Source of the DNA: an uncultured virus (IMG/VR IMGVR_UViG_3300042402_007133)
Taxonomy: Duplodnaviria > Heunggongvirae > Uroviricota > Caudoviricetes
Virus record (IMG/VR): IMGVR_UViG_3300042402_007133
Strand: one strand, 5' to 3'
DNA: 64,000 nucleotides
A program made the translations under genes and the position numbers. Shown in pieces: positions 48,799-57,574 of this stretch. How positions within the stretch are numbered: position 1 is the stretch's first letter; every line of letters starts with the position of its first letter. The notes under the pieces are model-generated. The model was not told the origin of the DNA and searched no databases. It saw only the letters and a program-made list of their open reading frames with translations.

Positions 48799-49320
48799 AT
48801 GATAAGGAAAGAAAAAACGGCTGAATTGTTTTCAGACTACTCATATGTAACGTTTGCTTCCTCTGCGGTTTTGTTTGCGGTTGGAGTTATAACTGTAAAC
48901 TTACCGCTTCTTCTTGTTTCATCGATACTCCTTTTTTCTTCGATGGATGCTATAGGATACTTTCATCTTGTTTGGGGCGGAGATCAAACAGTTCCAGCAA
49001 ACAACCAGGAACAGAGGTTAATATCCTATAGGTTCATACAGACAGTGTTTCAGGCATTGGTAACCCTGATCCTTTATGTTTCTGCAGGTGTTCAGTATGC
49101 TTTGGCATTTAATGCAATGTGGTGGTTTGGGCTCTGTGACATGCTTTACTACATACTACTGAAACAGAACTTTCTTGAATATAAAGATATGTTCTGGCTT
49201 TGGTGGACTCCAGCCGGAATCTTAAAATCGCTTGGTGTCATCAAGGACATTACCGGAGTCACGATGCTCATAGAATCAATTCTAGGAATCATTGTAGCTG
49301 GACTAATCCTTCTGCTCTGA
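48799..49320 (+). CDS. Multi-pass membrane protein
   Basis: About five hydrophobic segments; GGAGG upstream of ATG 48799. Confidence 0.65.
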   Translation: MIRKEKTAELFSDYSYVTFASSAVLFAVGVITVNLPLLLVSSILLFSSMDAIGYFHLVWGGDQTVPANNQEQRLISYRFIQTVFQALVTLILYVSAGVQYALAFNAMWWFGLCDMLYYILLKQNFLEYKDMFWLWWTPAGILKSLGVIKDITGVTMLIESILGIIVAGLILLL

Positions 49321-49394
49321 TAGATCTAAAAATATTTTCATTAGATCCATGGGGTTGTTAAGTTCCATGGATTTTTTTATCTTAGGAAGACGTA

Positions 49395-50156
49395 ATGCTA
49401 AGCGTAATAGTGCCCACAATGTGGCGCTCTCCTTATGTGGTTGATCTGCTCACCCAACTGAATGAAGTAGATTCAATAGGAGAGGTGATTCTCATAGACA
49501 ACGATCACACAAAATCAGTTGATCTCAGCCATTTAGAAAAGGTCGTTCACGTAAAAAACCCAGCCAATAACTACGTCAGTCCCAGCTGGAACCAGGGTTA
49601 TTCCATGTCAAAGCATGAAAACCTCTGCTTTCTAAACGATGACATCATAATACCAAAGAACATGTTTGACCTTGTTGATTCATTCCTTGGACCAAACATT
49701 GGAATGGTTGGTCTTCTTTCAGATGTGTATGAGAACATACTTCCAGGAAAGGAAAACCTTGGCCGAGCTGAAGGTGTTAGATTGACCCTGTGCACAAACA
49801 GGAACTTTGGATACGGCTGCTGCATATTCATGCATCGCAGCAACTATAAGATGATACCAGAAGAGCTTAAGATACAGTATGGCGACGACTTCCTCTTCTA
49901 TTCATGCCCAAAGAACAGCTTTGTTCTTGACGGGTTTCAGATAGTTGGAAAGCTCAGCGGGACGCTGTACGATGACAACCTCCAGCTGATAAACAAGGAA
50001 GAGGTTTCAGCAATATGCACAAGCGACCACAACTTCTTTTGGGAAGTGTGTGCAAAGGAAATCCTTAAGAGAGATCCGGTCGATGATCTTGATTCATTGA
50101 AGCTAGAGGCATTGGCAAGGTATGAACAACAGTCCAAAGGTAACTATTATTTCTAG
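49395..50156 (+). CDS. Glycosyltransferase family 2-like
   Basis: SVIVPT, ILIDND, SWNQG, FLNDDI, YGDD. Confidence 0.82.
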   Translation: MLSVIVPTMWRSPYVVDLLTQLNEVDSIGEVILIDNDHTKSVDLSHLEKVVHVKNPANNYVSPSWNQGYSMSKHENLCFLNDDIIIPKNMFDLVDSFLGPNIGMVGLLSDVYENILPGKENLGRAEGVRLTLCTNRNFGYGCCIFMHRSNYKMIPEELKIQYGDDFLFYSCPKNSFVLDGFQIVGKLSGTLYDDNLQLINKEEVSAICTSDHNFFWEVCAKEILKRDPVDDLDSLKLEALARYEQQSKGNYYF

Positions 50157-50174
50157 CAGGATATAACCAAAGTT

Positions 50175-50619
50175 AACATTGCTGTTCTTTGAAAATTAAA
50201 CAAAGAAAGGAAAACGTATGGATATTTTATCATTTGTACTAGGCATAGGTTGTGTTGTGGTTGCAGGGATGCTTGCAGGCACGGTATATTTGCTGCTTAG
50301 TGTGAGAGAGATGAAGATACGGATGAATAATTATGATGGTTCACATGCGAGTGATATGTCTGATATATTTAGAAGAGTTGACGAACAGGCATCAAGGCTA
50401 GACTCTAGGTTTGATAAGTGCATGCACAAGATAAATGCATTGGAAGTTAACTACAGGGGTCGGGCTTTTGATAAAACTCCACCGATTAACACACAAGATT
50501 GGTATGAAACTGTTCCACATACATGGCCTATTACAAAAAAATGGGAGTTTAATCCAGGCCCAACATGTTCTACTGGAGATAACGAAAAGGCTAAGTAAAT
50601 AAAAAAGAACAGCAATGTT
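50175..50619. repeat. Perfect 16-bp inverted repeat bracketing an ORF
   Basis: AACATTGCTGTTCTTT (50175-50190) and AAAGAACAGCAATGTT (50604-50619). Confidence 0.9.
50218..50598 (+). CDS. Membrane-anchored hypothetical protein
   Basis: N-terminal TM helix then coiled-coil-like segment. Confidence 0.65.
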   Translation: MDILSFVLGIGCVVVAGMLAGTVYLLLSVREMKIRMNNYDGSHASDMSDIFRRVDEQASRLDSRFDKCMHKINALEVNYRGRAFDKTPPINTQDWYETVPHTWPITKKWEFNPGPTCSTGDNEKAK

Positions 50620-50624
50620 TCTTT

Positions 50625-50706
50625 GCCCAAATGGCGAAATTGGCAGACGCACCAGACTTAGGATCTGGCGCCGTGAGGCATGGGGGTTCAAGTCCCTCTT
50701 TGGGCA
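50625..50706 (+). tRNA. tRNA-Leu(TAG)
   Basis: Acceptor GCCCAAA/TTTGGGC; anticodon arm CCAGA-CTTAGGA-TCTGG; long variable arm; GGTTCAAGTCC; no encoded CCA. Confidence 0.95.
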
Positions 50707-50737
50707 CGATAGTAAATACACACACAAGGAATTAACG

Positions 50738-51196
50738 ATGAAAAACACACTTCTTGCTTTTGCCATTCTCTTAACGTTCACGCTCATTGGTTGTACTGAA
50801 AATTATTCCAACGGTGAACGTATTGGATTTGTTACTAAGTTTTCCAACCGCGGTTTGATTTGGAAGTCTTGGGAAGGCGAATTGAACCTGACACAAACAG
50901 GCATGAACACATCATCCCTCTTTGAGTTTTCAGTAGATAATGACCATCAAGATGAAAATGTAGTGAAGGCTCTTGATTCAGCCGCCACTCTTGGTTGGAA
51001 GGTAAAGATTCGATACCACGAGACCGCATTCAAGAATTGGTTTCGTAATCGTGGAGAAACTGACCACTTTGTTGAAACCGTAGAAGTTCTTGACCGTACA
51101 CCACTTTCTGTGTTCAATGGCCAGCAGAGTAACATAGATAATACAGTATCTAAGACTGATACAATCTACCTGGTAATCTGGAAAGATAGGAAATGA
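50738..51196 (+). CDS. Lipoprotein of unknown function
   Basis: Lipobox LIGC; YSNGERIG...KFS..GLIWKSWEGEL; start set at ATG 50738 because the track start lies inside tRNA-Leu. Confidence 0.75.
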   Translation: MKNTLLAFAILLTFTLIGCTENYSNGERIGFVTKFSNRGLIWKSWEGELNLTQTGMNTSSLFEFSVDNDHQDENVVKALDSAATLGWKVKIRYHETAFKNWFRNRGETDHFVETVEVLDRTPLSVFNGQQSNIDNTVSKTDTIYLVIWKDRK

Positions 51197-51206
51197 TTTA
51201 ATTGTT

Positions 51207-51279
51207 GCGTGAGTAACTCAGTTGGTAGAGTCATAGCCTTCCAAGCTGTTGGTCGCGAGTTCGAGTCTCGTCTCACGCT
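51207..51279 (+). tRNA. tRNA-Gly(TCC)
   Basis: Acceptor GCGTGAG/CTCACGC; anticodon loop CTTCCAA; AGTTCGAGTCT. Confidence 0.95.
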
Positions 51280-51283
51280 CAAT

Positions 51284-51355
51284 GCAGCATTCGTCTAGGG
51301 GTTAGGACACCGCCCTTTCACGGCGGTAACACGGGTTCAATTCCCGTATGCTGTA
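51284..51355 (+). tRNA. tRNA-Glu(TTC)
   Basis: Acceptor GCAGCAT/ATGCTGT; CCGCC-CTTTCAC-GGCGG; GGTTCAATTCC. Confidence 0.95.
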
Positions 51356-51425
51356 CAAAAAAATATATGCCTAGGAGCTTCCTCTCCTGTCCTTTGAGGC
51401 AGTGACCGAAGCCTGGGTTTCTTTC

Positions 51426-51461
51426 GTAGGGTCCTAGTGCACTGGGGCCCTACTTCTTTTT
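51426..51461 (+). terminator. Intrinsic terminator of the tRNA cluster
   Basis: GTAGGGTCCTAG-TGCA-CTGGGGCCCTAC-TTCTTTTT. Confidence 0.8.
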
Positions 51462-51476
51462 CCAGTAGTATTAGAC

Positions 51477-51485
51477 GATATATAG
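51477..51485 (+). promoter_or_regulatory. Putative late promoter GATATATAG
   Basis: Between the tRNA terminator and the kinase gene. Confidence 0.55.
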
Positions 51486-51540
51486 GAAGTTATATGGCCT
51501 GTAAGGTTATGTAATTGATATAGTTAACATTACTAATAAA

Positions 51541-52965
51541 TTGGAGAACTCAATATCCCAAGAAGAAGCCCATAATATTGAACAACTGAGGCAATTTATC
51601 GATACATCTACCATCATATCAAAGGCAGATGCAAATGGTAAAATAACATATGTGAACAAAAAGTTTACTGAAGTCTCAGGTTACACCTTAGAAGAAATCG
51701 TTGGAAAGAACCATAATGTTCTAAACTCTGGTGAACACCCAAGAGAGTTTTGGTCAGAGATGTACAAAACGGTTGTAAAAGATAGAGGCATCTGGAATGC
51801 CGTATGCACAAATCGTTCCAAGGATGGAAACCTCTATTACGTTGACACCTATATAAAGGCAGAGTTTGATAAGCAGGGGAAACTAATTGAATTCATGTCC
51901 ATACGCCAGGACGTGACAAACATAAAGAAAAAAGAAGCAGAATTCAGAAACCGCATGACCGCCATAAACAATTCAAATGCGGTGATCGAATTTGACACAG
52001 AAGGTAATATCATCTACGCAAATAACCAGTTTTTAAGTGCAATGGGTTATAAAATGGATGAGGTACAAGGAAAACATCATAGAATTTTTGTAGACCTAGA
52101 GTATGCTGAATCTAAAGAGTACGAAGAATTTTGGGAACAACTACGTAAGGGAAATTATATGTCTGGCGAAGTATCCCGGGTTAAAAAGGACGGCTCTCTT
52201 ATACAACTTCAATCCACTTACAATCCCATATTCAATACGTCCGGTCAAGTTTATCGCGTGATGAAAATTGCAGTGGATGTCACAGACAGGCTTAACCAAA
52301 GAAGAGAGATAGAGAAGAAGAACTCCTACCTTGAACATGCTGCCAAGATACTCAGGCACGATATGCACAGTGGCATCAACACATACATACCAAGAGGCAT
52401 TAGTTCACTGGAGCGAAGACTCCCGGAGGAAAAGCAGAAGGACCTAAAGGTAGATGCGCCCATAAAGATGATCAAAGAGGGCCTTCGACACACGCAGAAA
52501 GTGTATAAAGGAGTTTATGAGTTTACCAACCTGGTAAAAAAGGATGTTGTGTTAAATAAGACAATGTGCAACCTCTCAACAATACTTGATGACTATCTTT
52601 CTGCTACTGCATACAGACCACAAGTTATAATTTCGGACCTTGGTGAGTCTGAAGTGAATGAGGCACTGTTTTGTACCGCAATTGATAACCTGATCAGGAA
52701 CGGTTTGAAGTATAATGACAGTCTGAAAAAAGAGGTGCATATACGAAGAGAAGGAGATCTTCTTTTTGTTGAAGACAATGGAAGAGGAATGACGCCAGCA
52801 GAATTCAAATATCTGTCTCAGCCATACACAAGAAAGGAAGGACAGAATGAATCCGGAACTGGCCTGGGTCTTAACATCTGTGTTGCAATAATTGAAGAGC
52901 ACGGGTTTGAACTAAATTGTCAACAAGTTACAACGGGAACAAGGATGGAGATAAAGTTAAAATAA
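51541..52965 (+). CDS. Cytoplasmic PAS-PAS sensor histidine kinase
   Basis: Two PAS/PAC domains (KDG...QDVT, KDG...VDVT); H-box ILRHDMH; N-box NLIRNGLKYN; VEDNGRGM; GTGLGL; TTG start uncertain. Confidence 0.92.
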   Translation: MENSISQEEAHNIEQLRQFIDTSTIISKADANGKITYVNKKFTEVSGYTLEEIVGKNHNVLNSGEHPREFWSEMYKTVVKDRGIWNAVCTNRSKDGNLYYVDTYIKAEFDKQGKLIEFMSIRQDVTNIKKKEAEFRNRMTAINNSNAVIEFDTEGNIIYANNQFLSAMGYKMDEVQGKHHRIFVDLEYAESKEYEEFWEQLRKGNYMSGEVSRVKKDGSLIQLQSTYNPIFNTSGQVYRVMKIAVDVTDRLNQRREIEKKNSYLEHAAKILRHDMHSGINTYIPRGISSLERRLPEEKQKDLKVDAPIKMIKEGLRHTQKVYKGVYEFTNLVKKDVVLNKTMCNLSTILDDYLSATAYRPQVIISDLGESEVNEALFCTAIDNLIRNGLKYNDSLKKEVHIRREGDLLFVEDNGRGMTPAEFKYLSQPYTRKEGQNESGTGLGLNICVAIIEEHGFELNCQQVTTGTRMEIKLK

Positions 52966-52978
52966 CGCAAACAATAAA

Positions 52979-53410
52979 ATGATCGATTCAATTTTGCTGG
53001 TAGATGATGAAAGCCTCTTTCATCTGGTGTTTGAGGATGCATGCAGCCTCTTAGACGTCTCGTTAACACTAGAATGTCTTAGTAGTTCTGATGAAGCTGC
53101 AAGAATATTCGAAGACCTATACAAGAATAAAAAAAACAGGCCCGAATGTGTGTTTGTTGATCTAAACATCATTGGGTCATCATTTGATGGGATTGAACTG
53201 ATCAGAAAGATAAACTATGAATTTGGAAATGGGATGGTCATAGGGATCATATCATCATCAAATGAGCCAGCAGAACAAGAAAAAGCAAAGAAGGCAGGTG
53301 CGCAGTTTTGGATAATAAAATCTGATGATATTGAACCTAGACTAGAGGCATTCAAGAGTGATTTTGAAAAGTTCAAAGACCGCTCCATGCCGTTCAAAAT
53401 TTATTCATGA
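52979..53410 (+). CDS. Single-domain response regulator (receiver only)
   Basis: ILLVDDE, VFVDLN (phosphoacceptor), DGIELI, ISSS, AGAQFWIIK. Confidence 0.92.
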   Translation: MIDSILLVDDESLFHLVFEDACSLLDVSLTLECLSSSDEAARIFEDLYKNKKNRPECVFVDLNIIGSSFDGIELIRKINYEFGNGMVIGIISSSNEPAEQEKAKKAGAQFWIIKSDDIEPRLEAFKSDFEKFKDRSMPFKIYS

Positions 53411-54009
53411 TGAAAGTTGACAAGGCAATTCGTGATTTTCTCATGAATACACAAAGGGAAAAGAGAGTCGTGCTAGAAGGTAGCATACTCAAGCTTATTG
53501 AAGCTGAGGATGGAGATATTGAATTTTCTGCATATCTTAAAGACGCAATTGAGAAAGATAAATTCACAAGAAAAAGGAGACTTGAGGTCACCAAACAGGT
53601 CCAGGAACAAAACACAGAGCTGCTTAACTGGCAAAAAGAAAACCAGGAGTTGATGGATAATCTAAAAACTGCATTATCAGAAGCAGAATCTTCAAGAGCT
53701 CTTGCAGAAGAATCCAGGCTTGATGCAGAAAAGGCAAAGGATGTTGCACTAAATGATCTCGATGTTCTTCAAAAGCGTTCACAAACTGAATTGATAAGCA
53801 CAATAGTGAAAGTTGCATTGGCAGTCATCATTAGTGTCGGTTTTGTGACAACGGCAATGTATGCAATTGCAATGTGGACAGGAAAGGACACCCAGATCAT
53901 TGGTTCTACATGGTCAAATATGTTTGGCATTCTTCTTACGAATGCATTTTCGATTGTTGGGACAATAATGGGCGTAAAATATGCATCAGAAAACAATAGC
54001 AATCAATAG
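53407..54009 (+). CDS. Coiled-coil protein with two C-terminal TM helices
   Basis: ATGA overlap with receiver gene; long heptad region; two hydrophobic segments. Confidence 0.8.
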   Translation: MMKVDKAIRDFLMNTQREKRVVLEGSILKLIEAEDGDIEFSAYLKDAIEKDKFTRKRRLEVTKQVQEQNTELLNWQKENQELMDNLKTALSEAESSRALAEESRLDAEKAKDVALNDLDVLQKRSQTELISTIVKVALAVIISVGFVTTAMYAIAMWTGKDTQIIGSTWSNMFGILLTNAFSIVGTIMGVKYASENNSNQ

Positions 54010-54034
54010 ATATATAGACAAAAATACAACCAAA

Positions 54035-54670
54035 ATGGCAAGAGTTTTGAACTTTACTCAGTTCATCAATGAGGCTGAGGATCAAAAGAAGATTGAATAC
54101 ATCTATGACAAAGCAGGAAAAGAAGTAGAAAAGGCCATACTTAACCTAGAAGGTTCAGACAGCGCACAGATGACAAAGCTTATGAACAAGTTTGTTGAGA
54201 CGTATGAACTTCTTAAGCAGGCACAGGAATCACACGATGAGGTTAAAGACGTCCTTAAGGATAAGATAAATGAATCTTTTACAGAGGAATTGAAGTTTGT
54301 CACAAGGATAATAAATACTGTCAAGTATGCATTCACATTCTCGAAGTATACAAAGGCAAAGGAAGAAACATCTGAAGTTGTTGATTACAAAGCTGCAATG
54401 AATGAGATGATGGAGATCTTCCCAGACATAAAGGATGGTCTGAAGGAGATAATAAAGAAACACACCGAAATAAAGAAGGTAGTAAAGAAGGAAATCTCTG
54501 GTTCAATAAAGTACACACATGTAACTCTGAACGAGGGACTTTCAGACATTCTAAAGGGCCTAATTACAAAGCTTGAAGGTATTTTTTCATCACTCTATCG
54601 TTCTCTTAAGACCATCGGCGGAAGGATCGATGATAAGTTTGAAAAGATCGATAGTCTATTAAAGGGTTAA
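54035..54670 (+). CDS. Hypothetical protein, putative head-internal protein
   Basis: Begins MARVLNFTQFINE (ATG 54035); internal LNE; GATATATAG at 54009-54017. Confidence 0.7.
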   Translation: MARVLNFTQFINEAEDQKKIEYIYDKAGKEVEKAILNLEGSDSAQMTKLMNKFVETYELLKQAQESHDEVKDVLKDKINESFTEELKFVTRIINTVKYAFTFSKYTKAKEETSEVVDYKAAMNEMMEIFPDIKDGLKEIIKKHTEIKKVVKKEISGSIKYTHVTLNEGLSDILKGLITKLEGIFSSLYRSLKTIGGRIDDKFEKIDSLLKG

Positions 54671-54674
54671 TTTT

Positions 54675-54794
54675 ATGCCATGGACATCACAGCCAATAAC
54701 AGTAGATGCTGATGTGATGGAAATTCTACAACAGCTTCCAGAAGAGGCCATAGTTGAATATCTGCAGTCTTTAGGATACGAAGTAAACAAGTAA
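54675..54794 (+). CDS. Small hypothetical protein (39 aa), absent from ORF track
   Basis: MPWTSQPITVDADVMEILQQLPEEAIVEYLQSLGYEVNK; fills gap ahead of a hairpin near 54801-54827. Confidence 0.45.
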   Translation: MPWTSQPITVDADVMEILQQLPEEAIVEYLQSLGYEVNK

Positions 54795-54849
54795 AACCAG
54801 AAGGCCTTCTCAAAGAGATGGCCTTCATCTATTTTGAAAGAAGAAAGTT

Positions 54850-56013
54850 ATGAGAGAGAAAGAAATACCCCTGTTTAAGGTCTACATGTCACAGGAGTCC
54901 ATAGATAGAACAGTAGATGTTCTTAACTCAGGATTCATCGGCCAGGGACCTGTTGTTGATGAATTTGAATCAATGTTGAGAGAGCGATTCTCGTGGGACT
55001 ACATCCTGACTGTCAACTCTGCAACTTCAGCAGAACATCTTGCCCTTCACATGTTGAAGGAAGAAGGCAAGACCGTTTTGAATTCAAGCTGGCCAGGAAT
55101 ACAACCAGGCGATGAGATACTTGCAACGCCGCTTACATGCACTGCATCAAACTGGCCTATACTTGCAAATGGATTCAACATCAAGTGGGTCGACATAGAT
55201 CCAACAACGATGAACATGGACCTTGACGACCTTGCAAGAAAGATTGGCCCAAAGACAAAGGCCATAATGATTGTGCACTGGGGCGGATATCCAAACGATC
55301 TCAACAAGCTCAAACAGATCCAAGAGAAGGCAAAAGAATTGTATGGCTTCAAGCCTGCAATAATTGAGGACTGTGCACATGCAATGGGAAGCAAGTTCAA
55401 TGACAGATACATAGGAACTCATGGAAACATCTGCACGTTCAGCCTTCAGGCCATAAAGCACGTAACATCAGGTGATGGCGGTCTTCTCTTCCTTCCGCAC
55501 AATGAATTGTACAGAAGAGGAAAGCTCCTTCGTTGGTACGGAATCGATCGAGAGTCAAACAGAAAGGATTTTCGATGTGAGGCCGACATACCAGAATGGG
55601 GATTCAAATTCCACATGAATGACATAAATGCTGCCATAGGAATGGGCAACATGAAGAAGATCGATGAGATAACAGGAAAGCACAAAAGCAATGCAGCATT
55701 CTATGACAGAGAGCTTGCGGGCGTAGCTGGAATCCAGACGTTGAAAAGAGAAAAGGGGCACGATTCTGCATTCTGGATATACAGCATCCTTGTTGAAAAC
55801 AAAGATGGATTCCAAAGGTGGATGAAGGAGCGTGGCGTTGCAACAAGCCAAGTCCACGAGAGGAATGACATACACAGCACGGTAAGACAATACAAATCAA
55901 TACTTCCAAATCTAGACAAGACAGTACCAATGTTAAGCTCAATACCTGTGGGTTGGTGGCTGTCCGAAGAGGATAGAGAATGGATAGTTGAATCCATAAA
56001 GATGGGCTGGTAA
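54850..56013 (+). CDS. DegT/DnrJ/EryC1/StrS-family PLP-dependent sugar aminotransferase
   Basis: VNSATSA, VHWGG, IEDCAHA, FSLQAIKHVTSGDGG, MNDINAAIG. Confidence 0.93.
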   Translation: MREKEIPLFKVYMSQESIDRTVDVLNSGFIGQGPVVDEFESMLRERFSWDYILTVNSATSAEHLALHMLKEEGKTVLNSSWPGIQPGDEILATPLTCTASNWPILANGFNIKWVDIDPTTMNMDLDDLARKIGPKTKAIMIVHWGGYPNDLNKLKQIQEKAKELYGFKPAIIEDCAHAMGSKFNDRYIGTHGNICTFSLQAIKHVTSGDGGLLFLPHNELYRRGKLLRWYGIDRESNRKDFRCEADIPEWGFKFHMNDINAAIGMGNMKKIDEITGKHKSNAAFYDRELAGVAGIQTLKREKGHDSAFWIYSILVENKDGFQRWMKERGVATSQVHERNDIHSTVRQYKSILPNLDKTVPMLSSIPVGWWLSEEDREWIVESIKMGW

Positions 56014-56014
56014 A

Positions 56015-56611
56015 ATGAAGAATCTTTTAATGTTGCTATTGGCTGTGTTTGCTATACAAACATTGGCTGCACAAAAAAGGGATAGCGTAGTCATAGAGAA
56101 TGACATCTATAAGATAGTGTATTCAGAGGTCCTTGAACAGCCTCTGTACATCAGATACACAGTTCTTTGTCCAGAAGGAACAGCGTCAAGATCCGGAATG
56201 GACTTCTATACAGAAAAGACTGTCCATACATCAGATGGAGAAGACTATGAAAAGAATGTTTGGGACAAGGGACACTGTGCTCCTGCAGCAGACTTCAATT
56301 GCACAAAAGAGATGCTGTACAAAACATTCTCATATGTAAACTGCATTCTACAACACGAGAAGCTTAATAGAGGCGCATGGAGGTTTCTTGAGGCCCATGA
56401 GAGAGAACTGGCAAAAACAAAAAACACCGTTGTGGAAATAAGGGTTGCATTCTCAAAGAAATCAATGAAGCTTCCAACTGGTGCAACAATTCCTGACGGT
56501 TTCTATAAGATGATATACACAAATGGAAATCTTGTTGAATGCTACTACTTTGACAATGCTATACCACCAGAACCAGACTACAACAGATATAAGATGAACT
56601 GTAAAAAATAA
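56015..56611 (+). CDS. Secreted non-specific DNA/RNA endonuclease (NucA/EndoG-like)
   Basis: Signal peptide; WDKGHCAPAADF, LNRGAWRFLE, IPDGFYK. Confidence 0.9.
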   Translation: MKNLLMLLLAVFAIQTLAAQKRDSVVIENDIYKIVYSEVLEQPLYIRYTVLCPEGTASRSGMDFYTEKTVHTSDGEDYEKNVWDKGHCAPAADFNCTKEMLYKTFSYVNCILQHEKLNRGAWRFLEAHERELAKTKNTVVEIRVAFSKKSMKLPTGATIPDGFYKMIYTNGNLVECYYFDNAIPPEPDYNRYKMNCKK

Positions 56612-56619
56612 TACTTAAG

Positions 56620-57561
56620 ATGTTAACGAGAGAACAGACAAACCTTCTTGAAAGGATGAAGACTGATTTAGAAAGGGCAAAAAACCCGTTCTATAAGCCA
56701 AGCGATTTCTTCTGGAAGAGGATAGTTGATGATTTTGAAAGACGCAGATTCAAGAATGAAGGAATTGGAGAGATACAGTCGCAGAGTTACAATGCCTTGT
56801 TTGCATTCTTATCTGGACACAAGTCTTCTCTAACTGGGCACGATAACATAGACTTTGAAATATGTCTATGGACTTTTTATACGCTGCTAAAATCCAGGGA
56901 CAAACATGGACTGTTGGATAAGACAGAAGCCCTAATAGCAACAGATGGGAGCCTATACCTTGACACGGATCGTGTTGTAGGAAGGCCTAGCCATTTAGAA
57001 AAGAAGCGCCTAACATGGGACTATCTGTTCTCAATGGATACAATACTTAGAATAGTTGAACAGTATCCAGAGGTATTGACCGAAGAGCTCAGCATATGTG
57101 AAGTAGGAGCAGGCTGGGGAAGGCTATCCTACTACTTCACCCAAGTCAATAACAAACTGAGATACCACATATTTGACATACCACACGTGCTTCTCATATC
57201 ACATGAGTACCTCGCTAGATCGACTAAGCACACAAGGGTGTTTTCTTATGATGAATCAAGCGTGTCAAGCAACGAACCAGGAATAAAGTTCTTTACATCA
57301 AACAAGCTTGAAGATCTTGATGGAAAGACATTTGACCTATTCATAAATCAGGCATCATTTCAAGAGATGACGCTAGAGCAGGTGACTGGCTATTTTGAAA
57401 GAATAAACGTGCTAAGCAAAAGGTTCTACAGCTTTCAAAGGTATGAGTGTCTAGACATGGAATACAAGAAGTATCCTATTTACCCAAACTGGACAAAAAC
57501 ATATGACGCAGACTGCTGCTTTGATCCTCTTTGGTTTGAACAATTCTTTGTAATAAACTAA
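56620..57561 (+). CDS. Putative sugar O-methyltransferase
   Basis: ICEVGAGWGRL, FDIP, DLFINQASFQEM. Confidence 0.75.
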   Translation: MLTREQTNLLERMKTDLERAKNPFYKPSDFFWKRIVDDFERRRFKNEGIGEIQSQSYNALFAFLSGHKSSLTGHDNIDFEICLWTFYTLLKSRDKHGLLDKTEALIATDGSLYLDTDRVVGRPSHLEKKRLTWDYLFSMDTILRIVEQYPEVLTEELSICEVGAGWGRLSYYFTQVNNKLRYHIFDIPHVLLISHEYLARSTKHTRVFSYDESSVSSNEPGIKFFTSNKLEDLDGKTFDLFINQASFQEMTLEQVTGYFERINVLSKRFYSFQRYECLDMEYKKYPIYPNWTKTYDADCCFDPLWFEQFFVIN

Positions 57562-57574
57562 TTGATAATCATTT

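Noticed and set aside
50615..50737. N-terminal extension of the lipoprotein ORF in the track
   Set aside because: It overlaps tRNA-Leu; the signal peptide begins at ATG 50738
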